This document shows, one piece after another, positions 42,605 through 54,155 of a stretch of DNA of 58,862 bases. Source of the DNA: Chloroflexota bacterium. GTDB lineage: Bacteria > Chloroflexota > Anaerolineae > B4-G1 > SLSP01. The notes under the pieces were generated by a model. The model was not told the DNA's origin. It worked only from the letters and a program-made list of their open reading frames with translations, and made no database searches. Position 1 is the stretch's first letter. Each line of letters starts with the position of its first letter. Where the stretch lies: positions 1 to 58,862 of the forward strand of contig JAIOAS010000004.1 in assembly GCA_019873725.1 (NCBI GenBank), read 5' to 3'. Both the position numbers and the translations under genes were made by a program.

Positions 42605-43483
42605 GTGGCTGAGCCGTTTTGGGAGACCAACTTGATCTACCGCGTGGTCATTGGCAGCCAGGCGTATGGCCTGGCGAACGCTGACAGTGACCTGGACACC
42701 TGCGGCGTCTGTATCCCGCCGCGCTGGTATCTCTTGGGGCTGACGCCGTTCGAGCAACACGTGGCGCACGGGGCGGAGCGCGACACGGTGGTGTATGCGC
42801 TGGTCAAGTTCGCGCGGCTGGCGTTGGAGTGTAACCCGAACATCATCGAAGCGCTATACGTCGAACCACGCCATATCTTGCACTGTGACAGCTATGGCGA
42901 ACGCTTGCGCGCGCAGCGGCATCTGTTCCTCACCCGCAAGGCCGGGCAAACCTTTTCCGGCTATGCGATCAGCCAGTTGCGGCGCCTGGAACGGCATCAT
43001 CGTTGGCTGGAGAATCCGCCGGATCACCAACCCACCCAGGAAGAATACGGGGGACGCAACATTGACGGGCGCTACAAGTTCCCAGATCACGATGCGGAGA
43101 AGGCGTATCGCAGTGCGCTCAAGCATTGGAATCACTACCAGGCGTGGCGGCGAGAACGCAACCCGGCGCGGGCTGAACTGGAAGCACGCTATGGCTACGA
43201 CACCAAGCACGCGATGCACTTGTTGCGGTTGCTACGCATGGGAATGGAAATTCTGGAAACCGGGGAAGTCCACGTCTATCGCCCTGACCGTGAGTGGTTG
43301 TTAGCCGTGCGGAATGGGCTGTTGCAGTACGAGGAACTGTTGGCGCTTGCGGCGGAGTACGAGGCGCGGCTGGCAACATTGGAGGCGACTTCGACACTGC
43401 CGGAAACGCCGGATGTGGCGCAGGTGGAAGAGTTGGTGATGGCGTTGCAAACGGAGTGGTTAGGGGCAAGGGGGGAATTGTAA
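42605..43483 (+). CDS. Nucleotidyltransferase (PF10127/RlaP-like)
   Basis: VIGSQAYGLANADSDLDTCGV is the pol-beta-type GS..D.D motif typical of this family. GTG start. Confidence 0.7.
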   Translation: MAEPFWETNLIYRVVIGSQAYGLANADSDLDTCGVCIPPRWYLLGLTPFEQHVAHGAERDTVVYALVKFARLALECNPNIIEALYVEPRHILHCDSYGERLRAQRHLFLTRKAGQTFSGYAISQLRRLERHHRWLENPPDHQPTQEEYGGRNIDGRYKFPDHDAEKAYRSALKHWNHYQAWRRERNPARAELEARYGYDTKHAMHLLRLLRMGMEILETGEVHVYRPDREWLLAVRNGLLQYEELLALAAEYEARLATLEATSTLPETPDVAQVEELVMALQTEWLGARGEL

Positions 43484-43760
43484 AAACTGGAGAGTAGGGA
43501 TTGCGAATAGCTTTAGCTTTGTTGATTACTGCGCATCTTCACATAATACTACCCACAGGCGGCCATTTCGCTCACTGCTTAGGGGATCAACAGCCAGATG
43601 TTTTGGCGTTAGATTAGCCGCAAGATTTATCGAATTAGGCATCTAGTCTTGAAAAGCGAGGAGACTACCGGGATGGCCAACCTTTTGGATGCGCGCTTAT
43701 TACGGCATACATACGATCCTGTTCACCAAGAGACCTCGCTTCGGCGTCCAGTTTTTGGGG

Positions 43761-44276
43761 TTACTTCACCCCGCAGTCTTGGTACAATTCCCGTAGAAGT
43801 TGTTCTGCGACTGATTGCCCGCGTTCGGTTAGCACACCGGCACTATCGGCAAGCCATTGTTGCTTGTATGCCATTTTGAAATGAGGGACATGCAAACCCT
43901 TGTGGGAGTTACCACAAGGGGAGGTAAGCTTAATCTCAATGTCGTTTGTGGCCAGGCTCACGATTTCCCCGGTTACTGTTTGCCCATCAATTATCAAAGT
44001 TATCGGAAGACCAGATAGTACAATTTCGGGCGAGATATGTGGCGCAATTGCTTTCAAGAAGTCACGGGCTTCTTCTGCACTTACCTCAACGTAAGGGCTA
44101 TCGCCACCTATACCAGAAGCTGCCAGCAAACCAGGGTTGTCAACCCATTTCCCAGAAATGGGATCGTAACGCTCTAAAGTTACCCAGTCTTTAGAAGCAC
44201 GGTGCAGAGATTGCGGCTTTTGTCTCTCATCGGCTTCGTCCTGAACAGACATTGATATATAGTATCTGTATTTCAT
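43761..44276 (-). CDS. Hypothetical protein (low GC)
   Basis: 171-180 aa ORF, starting at ATG 44276 or 44303. No motif recognised. Confidence 0.45.
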   Translation of the reverse strand: MKYRYYISMSVQDEADERQKPQSLHRASKDWVTLERYDPISGKWVDNPGLLAASGIGGDSPYVEVSAEEARDFLKAIAPHISPEIVLSGLPITLIIDGQTVTGEIVSLATNDIEIKLTSPCGNSHKGLHVPHFKMAYKQQWLADSAGVLTERGQSVAEQLLRELYQDCGVK

Positions 44277-44478
44277 CTTAGCTACTCTCCCTAATATGCT
44301 CAATGACGTTTTGTAGTTTTTTCGACACTCGCCATCACGTCAAACCAGTAAATCCACTTTGGAATAACCCGGGATTGTTCTTTCAAAATGTGAATGACGG
44401 GTTAATCGAAGCGGAATTGTGTAAGCTCCTCCCTGCAGTCAATGTTATGCAGAAACTCCGAAAAGGCAAATTGCACAT

Positions 44479-44692
44479 TGTGATTGACCGGTCTATACTG
44501 GGCTATGCATAGCCGCCTGGTGTAGACCAGGCATCGTCACCCGGTCAGGACCAGGCATAGCCGCCCAGAGTAGGCCACCTGTGATCGTTCGATGTGGGTT
44601 ATGGATAGTCGCCCGGTGTGGCCCACTCAACCCGCACACGAGTGGCCCACATCACCCGACTATGGGTGACCCATCACGGACGGCATTTGACA
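44479..44692 (-). mobile_element. MITE-like non-autonomous derivative of the IS21-family element (214 bp)
   Basis: In reverse complement it begins tgtcaaatgccgtccgtgatgggtcaccc... (about 80 nt of the IS left end). It ends ...caccaggcggctatgcatagcccagtatagaccggtcaatcaca (about 130 nt of the IS right end). It has no ORF. Confidence 0.85.
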
Positions 44693-44724
44693 GAGGGAAA
44701 TAAGTAAACTACAGAGGTACCACT

Positions 44725-44895
44725 ATGAAGAATACAAACGCTGAAGACGAATCCTGTTTACCACCTACAGATGGAACTGTGTCACCGGAGTTGACTACCG
44801 AAGATAAGAAACTCAGCCCAGAGGCTCAGAAGGCTCTAGGCAATATCTATGAGCTTCTATTGAAGCTGGCAGCAACAGGGCAAATCAAAAAATAG
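44725..44895 (+). CDS. Small hypothetical protein (56 aa), paralog of 6381..6572
   Basis: MKNTNAEDES...KKLSPEAQKALGNIYELLLKLAATGQIKK. It is below the ORF-track length cutoff. The shared motif with 6381..6572 supports it. Confidence 0.35.
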   Translation: MKNTNAEDESCLPPTDGTVSPELTTEDKKLSPEAQKALGNIYELLLKLAATGQIKK

Positions 44896-45046
44896 ACTTG
44901 TCAACCTATACGCTCTGGTGATTACCCACGTGTTGCATGACGCACCGATTTCATTTACCGCAGAGGTCATAAAGTGCGCAGAGAAAGTTTTTTACATATC
45001 TCTGCGGTCTCAGCATGCTCTGCGTTGAGATATGGGTAATCACCAA

Positions 45047-47582
<2,536 letters not shown>

Positions 47583-47713
47583 CCTGCGCCGTAGGCGCAG
47601 GCTGACGCGCGGCCAGCGGACTGGCCGCGCCGTTGCCGCGTGCCTGCCGCCTGATTTCCAGTCCGCGCTGCGTTCTGGAGGAAGTCATTTATCCCCAAAA
47701 CTGACCGCCACTG

Positions 47714-48146
<433 letters not shown>

Positions 48147-48149
48147 CTT

Positions 48150-48209
48150 GGACAGGATTGACAGGATGCACAGGATTTCTCTATCCTGGAAATCCTGTGA
48201 ATCCTGTCC
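48150..48209. promoter_or_regulatory. Operator-like array: 3 direct plus 3 inverted ACAGGAT boxes at 9-bp spacing, overlapping a TTGACA-18-TATCCT promoter
   Basis: ACAGGAT at 48152, 48161 and 48170. ATCCTG(T) at 48183, 48192 and 48201. TTGACA at 48158-48163 and TATCCT at 48182-48187. Confidence 0.5.
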
Positions 48210-48249
48210 AAAACATATATTCATAGACAGAAAGGGGAAGAAACACACA

Positions 48250-48648
48250 ATGCCATATTTGATCCTGACCTTACATATCCTGGCCCTCGTCCTGGCTCCC
48301 GGCGCACTACGCTGGGCCTTGGCCCCGATGTGGGGCGCGGCAGCGGCGCTGGCCTACTTCAAGCCCGATGACCGGGCGGCGACCACGAACTACATCTACT
48401 TCTTCCTCGCGGGCAACGCCGGTCTGCTCTTTGCCTACCGCATCGCCGCGTTGCTAGTCAGCGGGACACCGGAGCCAGGGGCGACGACGCTCTACGGCAT
48501 CTCGGTGTGGCTGCTGGGCTTTGCCGTGATGTCGGCCATCGGCTTCTACGCCTATGTTCTGCGCTTCCTGTTCTGGGATCGCAGCACGCCGTTCTTCGGC
48601 GGACGGATGACGACGCGCGACGTATTGCGGCAGGTGAAAAGGCAGTAG
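48250..48648 (+). CDS. Small integral membrane protein (132 aa, ~4 TM segments)
   Basis: AAAGGGGAAG RBS. Hydrophobic segments include ILTLHILALVLAP, MWGAAAALAYF, YIYFFLAGNAGLLFAYRIAALLV and ISVWLLGFAVMSAIGFYAYVL. Confidence 0.65.
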   Translation: MPYLILTLHILALVLAPGALRWALAPMWGAAAALAYFKPDDRAATTNYIYFFLAGNAGLLFAYRIAALLVSGTPEPGATTLYGISVWLLGFAVMSAIGFYAYVLRFLFWDRSTPFFGGRMTTRDVLRQVKRQ

Positions 48649-48715
48649 ACGGAATACGGTAGACGGTAGACAGGGGGGACTATCCCCGTCTACCGTCTAC
48701 GGTCTACCGTCTACC
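48645..48715. repeat. Palindromic array of GGTAGAC heptads
   Basis: GTAGAC/GGTAGAC occurs 3x (48645-48671), then a G6/C4 loop region, then GTCTACC 4x (48688-48715). The first unit overlaps the stop codon. Confidence 0.8.
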
Positions 48716-48731
48716 ACATCAAGGAGAACCT

Positions 48732-51700
48732 ATGAACAACACAAACACCGCCAACAACACCTTCTCAATGACCCTCACCCCTGACGGCGCATCCTTGCAC
48801 GCCTACGCCTGGGCCTTGCCCCACGGCTGGCGGGCATGGTCGCCGCACGCGCTGCGTATCCTGCGTAAGCCCTACCGCCACGCGCGGACGCACCTGGAAC
48901 TCACCGATGACGTGGTAAGCAGCCTGTACGACCCGCAAGGCGCGCGCAACATGGCTGCCGCCTTTGGCCTGGCCAACGTGCCGGAATTGGGCCTTGTCCA
49001 GGTCTACGGTGGGCTGGCAATGGGCAAGACCCAGGAACAGGCCGTGCAAGCTGCGGCCCTGAACTCGGCGCGCCTGGTTGCGGCGCTGCAAGGGCGCTTC
49101 CGGCAGTCGCGCTTTACCTTGCTATCCGCCGATGAAGCCTCGGCCTTGTACAATCACTTGTGGGCTTGTCGCCACACCGCTTCCCTGATTGGCCAAATGG
49201 TGCCGCGCATCGCACCCGGAATGGGATCCAGCCACGGCATCAACCAACTGGTCACCACCGACGCGCAAGAGCAGCTCGAAGTCATCGCCGCCGCGCTGGC
49301 CGGGGAACCGTTCGCCGTCTTGACCCTGGCGCATCCCTTACACGCGCTGGACATCCGGCGGATGTTGACTGACACTGCCCAAGCCCTGAGCTACTTCGCC
49401 TCCAAGGTGAAACAGAGCGAGTCGGCTAACGTGAGTGCGGTGCTGCCCCTGTTCCTCAACCCGGTGGCGGTCTTCAGCGAGCAGACGCATCGTGCGACGC
49501 AGGTGACGCGGGCCGATCAACGCCTGCGCACCGAGCAGAACGCCCATCGCCTGGCCGCCGGGCAGTCCGATGCGGTCAGCGCCTACCGCCGTGAAACTGC
49601 GAGCCGCGAGGCGCACCAGGGACAGGAGAACACCGGCTACTACGAGAAACAGCACGTGCGTGAAGATGTGCGCGAACACGAGGAAGCGCAGGTCAACCTG
49701 GAACGCGACTATGCCGACAACTACAGCCTGTCCCGGTCGTACAGCGGCAGCGAGGCCGGCGTGATGCAGACCCAGGGCGCACGCGATGCCACCCAGCAGG
49801 GCAACCGCCAGCAGCACACCGACGAGACCGGCCAGTTGCACAGCGTCGAGAGCATCGATGAGCGCGTCAGCGGCGTGCGCTCCGGGGCAGGCAGCCGGTC
49901 TAGCGTGGAAGCCTTCAGCGTCGGAGAACGCTACACCGGTGGCAGCAGCCGGACCTGGGAAGGGGGCTACAACGAACAGACCGAGCGGTCGTTCAGCGGC
50001 GCGGGCAACGAACACACCCAAGGCGGCTACCAACAGGCCGAAATCGGCGTCAGCAACGAGGCGAGCAGCGAGGGCTTTGTGCGCAACACCGAAAGCGATG
50101 TACACGGCGATGGGGCGCAGATGCAGACCTACGCTGAACAAGGCGTCGAAGGCAGCCTTTCCCCGCGCATCTTCGGCATCGGCGGCGGCGAGACGATGGA
50201 AGCCGGGGAGCGGGGCAATATGTACGAGTCCCGCGATCACGAATTGGCCAATGTCACCGGTAGCCTGGACACCGACCGCGGCAGCCAGCAAAGCGCGCTC
50301 ACGGGCGGAATCCAACAGGCCAACAACGCCTACAAGCGCAGCGGCAACCAGCAAGAGGCGCTGGGCCAGACCTGGCAGGGTAACGAGACGGTGCAGACCG
50401 CGGAGTGGCGCAGCGGCGGCGGGGTGCGGTCGAGTCAGATGACCTATGGCTACAGCGAAGCCTACCAGGACGCCAGCCATACCGACCGCGCAGCGCAGCG
50501 CGCCTGGGAGAGCGCCGTGGATCAGGACGCCGCCTGGCAGCAGGCCACCCGCGACGGCTATCAAGGGGTGGAACACTTCGCCCGCACCTTTGGCGGCAGC
50601 TATGCCGAGACCGGGCAGCGCAGCGGGCATCTCTCGCAGCAGGATACCATCATCGCCGACCGCGCGCTACAACGCGAGTCCGACCGGGTGGTCAACGGCT
50701 TCCGCAGCGAGACGTTTGACGGCTACCGCAATTCACAAGAGCAGACCAGCGGGGCTGAAGCCCGGCAAGAGGCGATGATCGGTGAGGGGCGCGAGTACGT
50801 GCAAGCCCAGGCCGCCGAACAGGTCGGGGCGACGCTGGCGAACGTGGGGCGTACCCAGGTGACGACACGGGGCGTGATGGGGCCGTCCGGCGGTTCCCTT
50901 GTAGCGGGCCTGGCCTTCGCCCGGCAGATCGTGGACACGCAGCGTGACTTGGTGGCGCAGTTGCTCGACCAGCAGGTGCGCCGCTTGAGCGCCGGGCTGG
51001 ACACCGGGCTGTTCCTGACGCAGGTGACGCTGCTGGCCCCCGACGAGGCCCGGTTAGAACGCCTGGCTGCCGCGTCCATTGCGGCGATGCGCGAGGAGAA
51101 CGTCGTCGTGCCCGTCGCCGCGCGCGCAGGGGACGAGACGCTGTGGCAACGGGCGATCACGTTGGACTTCGATGCCCGCACGGAAGACGCTGGGCCATTT
51201 GATACCTTGCGCCACGCCCAAACCCTGACGGCCAACGAATTAGCGGCGCTCGTGCATCCAATCCGCATCTCGGACGGCACGATCTCGGCCTCGCTGGATG
51301 CCTGGCCGGAAGACCTGTCGCACCGTCGCACGCAAGGGGAAATCGCGCTAGGTCTGGTGCTGGACGTCAATCTGCAGCCGGATCCCAATAATGTCCACCG
51401 CTTCCGCGCTGACGAACTGATGCACACCGTCATCGTTGGGGATTCTGGCTCCGGCAAATCCAACTCCGCGCTGTGGTTTGTCTCGCAAGTGGTGAATACA
51501 GTGCGACAAGATGAACACGGTATTCCGATCCCTGCCCCCATCATCGGGCCGGTACGGACCGGCGCGGCAGGTGGGACGCCGCGCATCGGGGTGACGGTCT
51601 TCGATCCAACGGGGGAATGGCGTAAGTTGGGTAAATTGGTTCCGGCCCGCGACTTTCAGTTCTACTCGTTGACCGATCCAGGGGAATATCCATTGCAGTT

Positions 51701-52700
51701 CAACCCGTTACGCATCCCCAGCCCGTACCTGCACCCGGCGAAGTGGGCGGCGGCATTTGCCAAACACTGGCTGCTGGCCTATCCCGCCGGGGCGACCGGT
51801 TTCCACCAGCTCAAGGGCGCGGTGCTGGACGCTTACCGCGCGGCGGGCGTCATCGAGGAGGACGGCAGGGTGTACCTGGAACGTTCGGCGAACTTGTGTA
51901 TGAAGGACTTACACACCGCCCTGGTCGCACGCTACAAGGTACTCAGCGAAGAACGCAGCGACACCATCACGGCGGGCGTAGTCAAGCGCATCATCGACAA
52001 GGTGGAAGAGTTCTTGCCGAAGGGGGTGTACTGTAGCGCCTTCGGGCAACCAGGGGGCACGACGGTCGCCGAGTGGACAGCCCCGGACAAGGCGACGGTC
52101 ATCACGGGCAAATTCGGCGATGACGGGCCGCTGAAGCAGTTCATCATTGGCCTGATGGTGTCCGGCATCTACCAACATGCAGACGAACGCTATGAGCATT
52201 ACTTACGTCAAGGGCAACCCATTCCGCAGCATCTCCTGTTCGTCGAAGAAGCGCACGTGGTGATGCGCTCGGACGCCTCGACCCAAACGGAGATCGCCCA
52301 GGCTATCGGCGAGGACGCGGGGCTGTGGAACAACATCACCGACCGGGGCCGTAAGTTGGGGCTGTACCTGTGGACATCGGCGCAGCATTGGGAGCCGCTG
52401 CCGTCTGGTGTCGTCACGTCCAGTAGCATTGCCATTATTCAGAAGGTGAGCACGGTGAAGGACGCCGAAATCGCGGTGTCGAAGGCCGGGCGCTTGCCGG
52501 GGAAGACCAGCCTTGACGACTACTCCAAGTGGACGCTGAGTGTGCTCAATATGCCCACGGGGGTCGGCTATGTGCGGCGTACACGCAAGACGTTGAGCCA
52601 GGAAAGCGAAATGGAGATTTTCCCGGTACAATTTGTGGACATTTCGGGGATCGTCCCGCCTGCGGATGCGGAGTTGGAGTGGATTGTGGGAGGAGGGTAA
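48732..52700 (+). CDS. Giant HerA/FtsK-superfamily (DUF87-like) P-loop ATPase with novel N-terminal domain and ~450-aa low-complexity insert
   Basis: AAGGAG RBS. Walker A is HTVIVGDSGSGKSNS, followed by VFDPTGEW. Walker B is LLFVEEAH, and RGRKLGLYLWTSAQ follows. Residues ~250-700 are Q/E/G/S/R/A/T-rich and almost free of hydrophobic runs. Confidence 0.75.
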   Translation: MNNTNTANNTFSMTLTPDGASLHAYAWALPHGWRAWSPHALRILRKPYRHARTHLELTDDVVSSLYDPQGARNMAAAFGLANVPELGLVQVYGGLAMGKTQEQAVQAAALNSARLVAALQGRFRQSRFTLLSADEASALYNHLWACRHTASLIGQMVPRIAPGMGSSHGINQLVTTDAQEQLEVIAAALAGEPFAVLTLAHPLHALDIRRMLTDTAQALSYFASKVKQSESANVSAVLPLFLNPVAVFSEQTHRATQVTRADQRLRTEQNAHRLAAGQSDAVSAYRRETASREAHQGQENTGYYEKQHVREDVREHEEAQVNLERDYADNYSLSRSYSGSEAGVMQTQGARDATQQGNRQQHTDETGQLHSVESIDERVSGVRSGAGSRSSVEAFSVGERYTGGSSRTWEGGYNEQTERSFSGAGNEHTQGGYQQAEIGVSNEASSEGFVRNTESDVHGDGAQMQTYAEQGVEGSLSPRIFGIGGGETMEAGERGNMYESRDHELANVTGSLDTDRGSQQSALTGGIQQANNAYKRSGNQQEALGQTWQGNETVQTAEWRSGGGVRSSQMTYGYSEAYQDASHTDRAAQRAWESAVDQDAAWQQATRDGYQGVEHFARTFGGSYAETGQRSGHLSQQDTIIADRALQRESDRVVNGFRSETFDGYRNSQEQTSGAEARQEAMIGEGREYVQAQAAEQVGATLANVGRTQVTTRGVMGPSGGSLVAGLAFARQIVDTQRDLVAQLLDQQVRRLSAGLDTGLFLTQVTLLAPDEARLERLAAASIAAMREENVVVPVAARAGDETLWQRAITLDFDARTEDAGPFDTLRHAQTLTANELAALVHPIRISDGTISASLDAWPEDLSHRRTQGEIALGLVLDVNLQPDPNNVHRFRADELMHTVIVGDSGSGKSNSALWFVSQVVNTVRQDEHGIPIPAPIIGPVRTGAAGGTPRIGVTVFDPTGEWRKLGKLVPARDFQFYSLTDPGEYPLQFNPLRIPSPYLHPAKWAAAFAKHWLLAYPAGATGFHQLKGAVLDAYRAAGVIEEDGRVYLERSANLCMKDLHTALVARYKVLSEERSDTITAGVVKRIIDKVEEFLPKGVYCSAFGQPGGTTVAEWTAPDKATVITGKFGDDGPLKQFIIGLMVSGIYQHADERYEHYLRQGQPIPQHLLFVEEAHVVMRSDASTQTEIAQAIGEDAGLWNNITDRGRKLGLYLWTSAQHWEPLPSGVVTSSSIAIIQKVSTVKDAEIAVSKAGRLPGKTSLDDYSKWTLSVLNMPTGVGYVRRTRKTLSQESEMEIFPVQFVDISGIVPPADAELEWIVGGG

Positions 52701-52717
52701 ACGGATTTTTCGCCAGT

Positions 52718-52740
52718 GTTGCTGATCATCATTCAGCAAC
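52718..52740. terminator. Bidirectional terminator-like hairpin between convergent genes
   Basis: gttgctga tcatcat tcagcaac forms an 8-bp stem in the 54-nt convergent gap. Confidence 0.45.
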
Positions 52741-52754
52741 GCAGGCGACGACAA

Positions 52755-54155
52755 TTACACTGTGCTGAGATCAGAACCACCCTCGGTAGCAGGCGTGTCA
52801 GCATTGAGCGCCTGCTCCAACAGCGCGAACACCGGTTCCAAACCCTCAATACCGGCAGCGCGGATGAGTTCCAGGTCACGGAAGGCATCACGCACAACGC
52901 CGGGGGCAGAGGTGATGTCCAGCGCGTGGCGATACTCAGTCAACGCAGGGGCAAGGAGATCATCACGTTGGGCAACATCAATCCAGCGTGGATCAAGTAT
53001 GGCCTGGCAAGTTAGTGCGGTAGCCAACGCATAACTCGGGATATAAAGCATGGGCGCTTCTTCCAATTTCAATTTACATCGAGTAATTGATCGAGTAAAC
53101 GCTTCTTCAGCGAGTGAGAAAGACTGTAGATACAGAAATGCGACACCTAGCATCAATGCGGCTTGGAAATCAGTCTCTGGGAACTCCATCTGCAATGCTT
53201 GGGTACAATAGTCTCGAGCCTGAGCGGGCTCTCCAATCCTTAGCATTGTCTTTCCTAACTGAAGTAATTGATAACTCTCATTCCAACGACCACCGATCTC
53301 GTGAGCGATTCCTAGACCTTCACGATGACATTCTATTGCTTCTTGCCAGCGCCCCAAATCTTGATAGGTCTGCCCTAAATAGCCAAGGTTCACAGCTTGA
53401 TTTACGCGCAGATCAATTTCGCGGGCTATTTTTAGTGCTCGTGCGTAACTTTCCACAGCGCGTTCAGGTTGATCGAGAGCGTTGTATATATGGCCGAGAC
53501 GAGTCAGATTGACGGACTCTTCCCAATCATCGTTGTTTTGCTGTGCAGTAGCGAGAGACTTTTCCACTATCATAGCAGCAAGCTCGAATTGTCCAAACGC
53601 AAGATAAAACCAGCTCAGACTTCCTGCTCGAGTCATCTTAAGTGTTGTGTCACCCAGCGCATATGTAAGTTTTAGCGAATCTTCGAAACATTGCATAGCG
53701 CGCTGGGTTTGGCCCTGATCTCGATAAGCAAATCCGAGTTGATAAAGTGCTTCACACGCATTACGGCGGTCTTTGTTATCTTGCGCAAGCTTGACTGTTA
53801 GTTCAAGATATTCAATCGCTTGCTCCGTTTGTCCTAAAACGCGCGACACTCGCCCCAAACCAACTAAGTTGGCAATTTGCATCTCCGGCGTCATCGGATG
53901 ACCAACGAGACGTTTTCTTAATTCGGATAACCACTGGCAATGTCCCCAAAGGTATAAGTAGCGGTAGTCAATGCACTCAAGCACTCTAGCGACCGCATCA
54001 AAGTCACCTGCCTGAATTCGATGGCTAATTTCGTTCAATTGCGGTTCCAGATCTTTTAGCGATATCCAGGCACTTTCTGGCTTACGGATGCTGACATAAT
54101 ATTCCGCTGCTCGCAGTTCCACGTTGCGACGATTGTAGGAGGTGACGTTATCCAT
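52755..54155 (-). CDS. TPR-repeat protein, STAND sensor-like cassette 1
   Basis: Starts MDNVTSYNRRNVELRAAEYYVSIRKP. Has about 10 TPR-like repeats and the tail DLELIRAAGIEGLEPVFALLEQAL. The ATG overlaps the cassette 2 stop (ATGGATAA). Confidence 0.85.
   Translation of the reverse strand: MDNVTSYNRRNVELRAAEYYVSIRKPESAWISLKDLEPQLNEISHRIQAGDFDAVARVLECIDYRYLYLWGHCQWLSELRKRLVGHPMTPEMQIANLVGLGRVSRVLGQTEQAIEYLELTVKLAQDNKDRRNACEALYQLGFAYRDQGQTQRAMQCFEDSLKLTYALGDTTLKMTRAGSLSWFYLAFGQFELAAMIVEKSLATAQQNNDDWEESVNLTRLGHIYNALDQPERAVESYARALKIAREIDLRVNQAVNLGYLGQTYQDLGRWQEAIECHREGLGIAHEIGGRWNESYQLLQLGKTMLRIGEPAQARDYCTQALQMEFPETDFQAALMLGVAFLYLQSFSLAEEAFTRSITRCKLKLEEAPMLYIPSYALATALTCQAILDPRWIDVAQRDDLLAPALTEYRHALDITSAPGVVRDAFRDLELIRAAGIEGLEPVFALLEQALNADTPATEGGSDLSTV

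Noticed and set aside
41972-42612. Several short ORFs (42068..42322 minus, 42164..42400, 42351..42500, 42397..42612). The most protein-like reading (..AQAAQAQWTALKDGLLKFLDKHPEFQGRSLV) needs a frame switch.
   Set aside because: The sensible reading hops between frames and no family is recognisable. This is probably a decayed gene or non-coding DNA, and it is not annotatable from sequence alone.
49338-50630. 430-aa antisense ORF, and the plus-strand alternative-frame ORFs 49786..50442 and 50446..50778, inside the HerA-like gene
   Set aside because: They lie within the low-complexity part of the large gene, have Ala/Gly/Arg/Leu-biased composition, and lack an RBS and motifs. They are most likely shadows of the sense frame.
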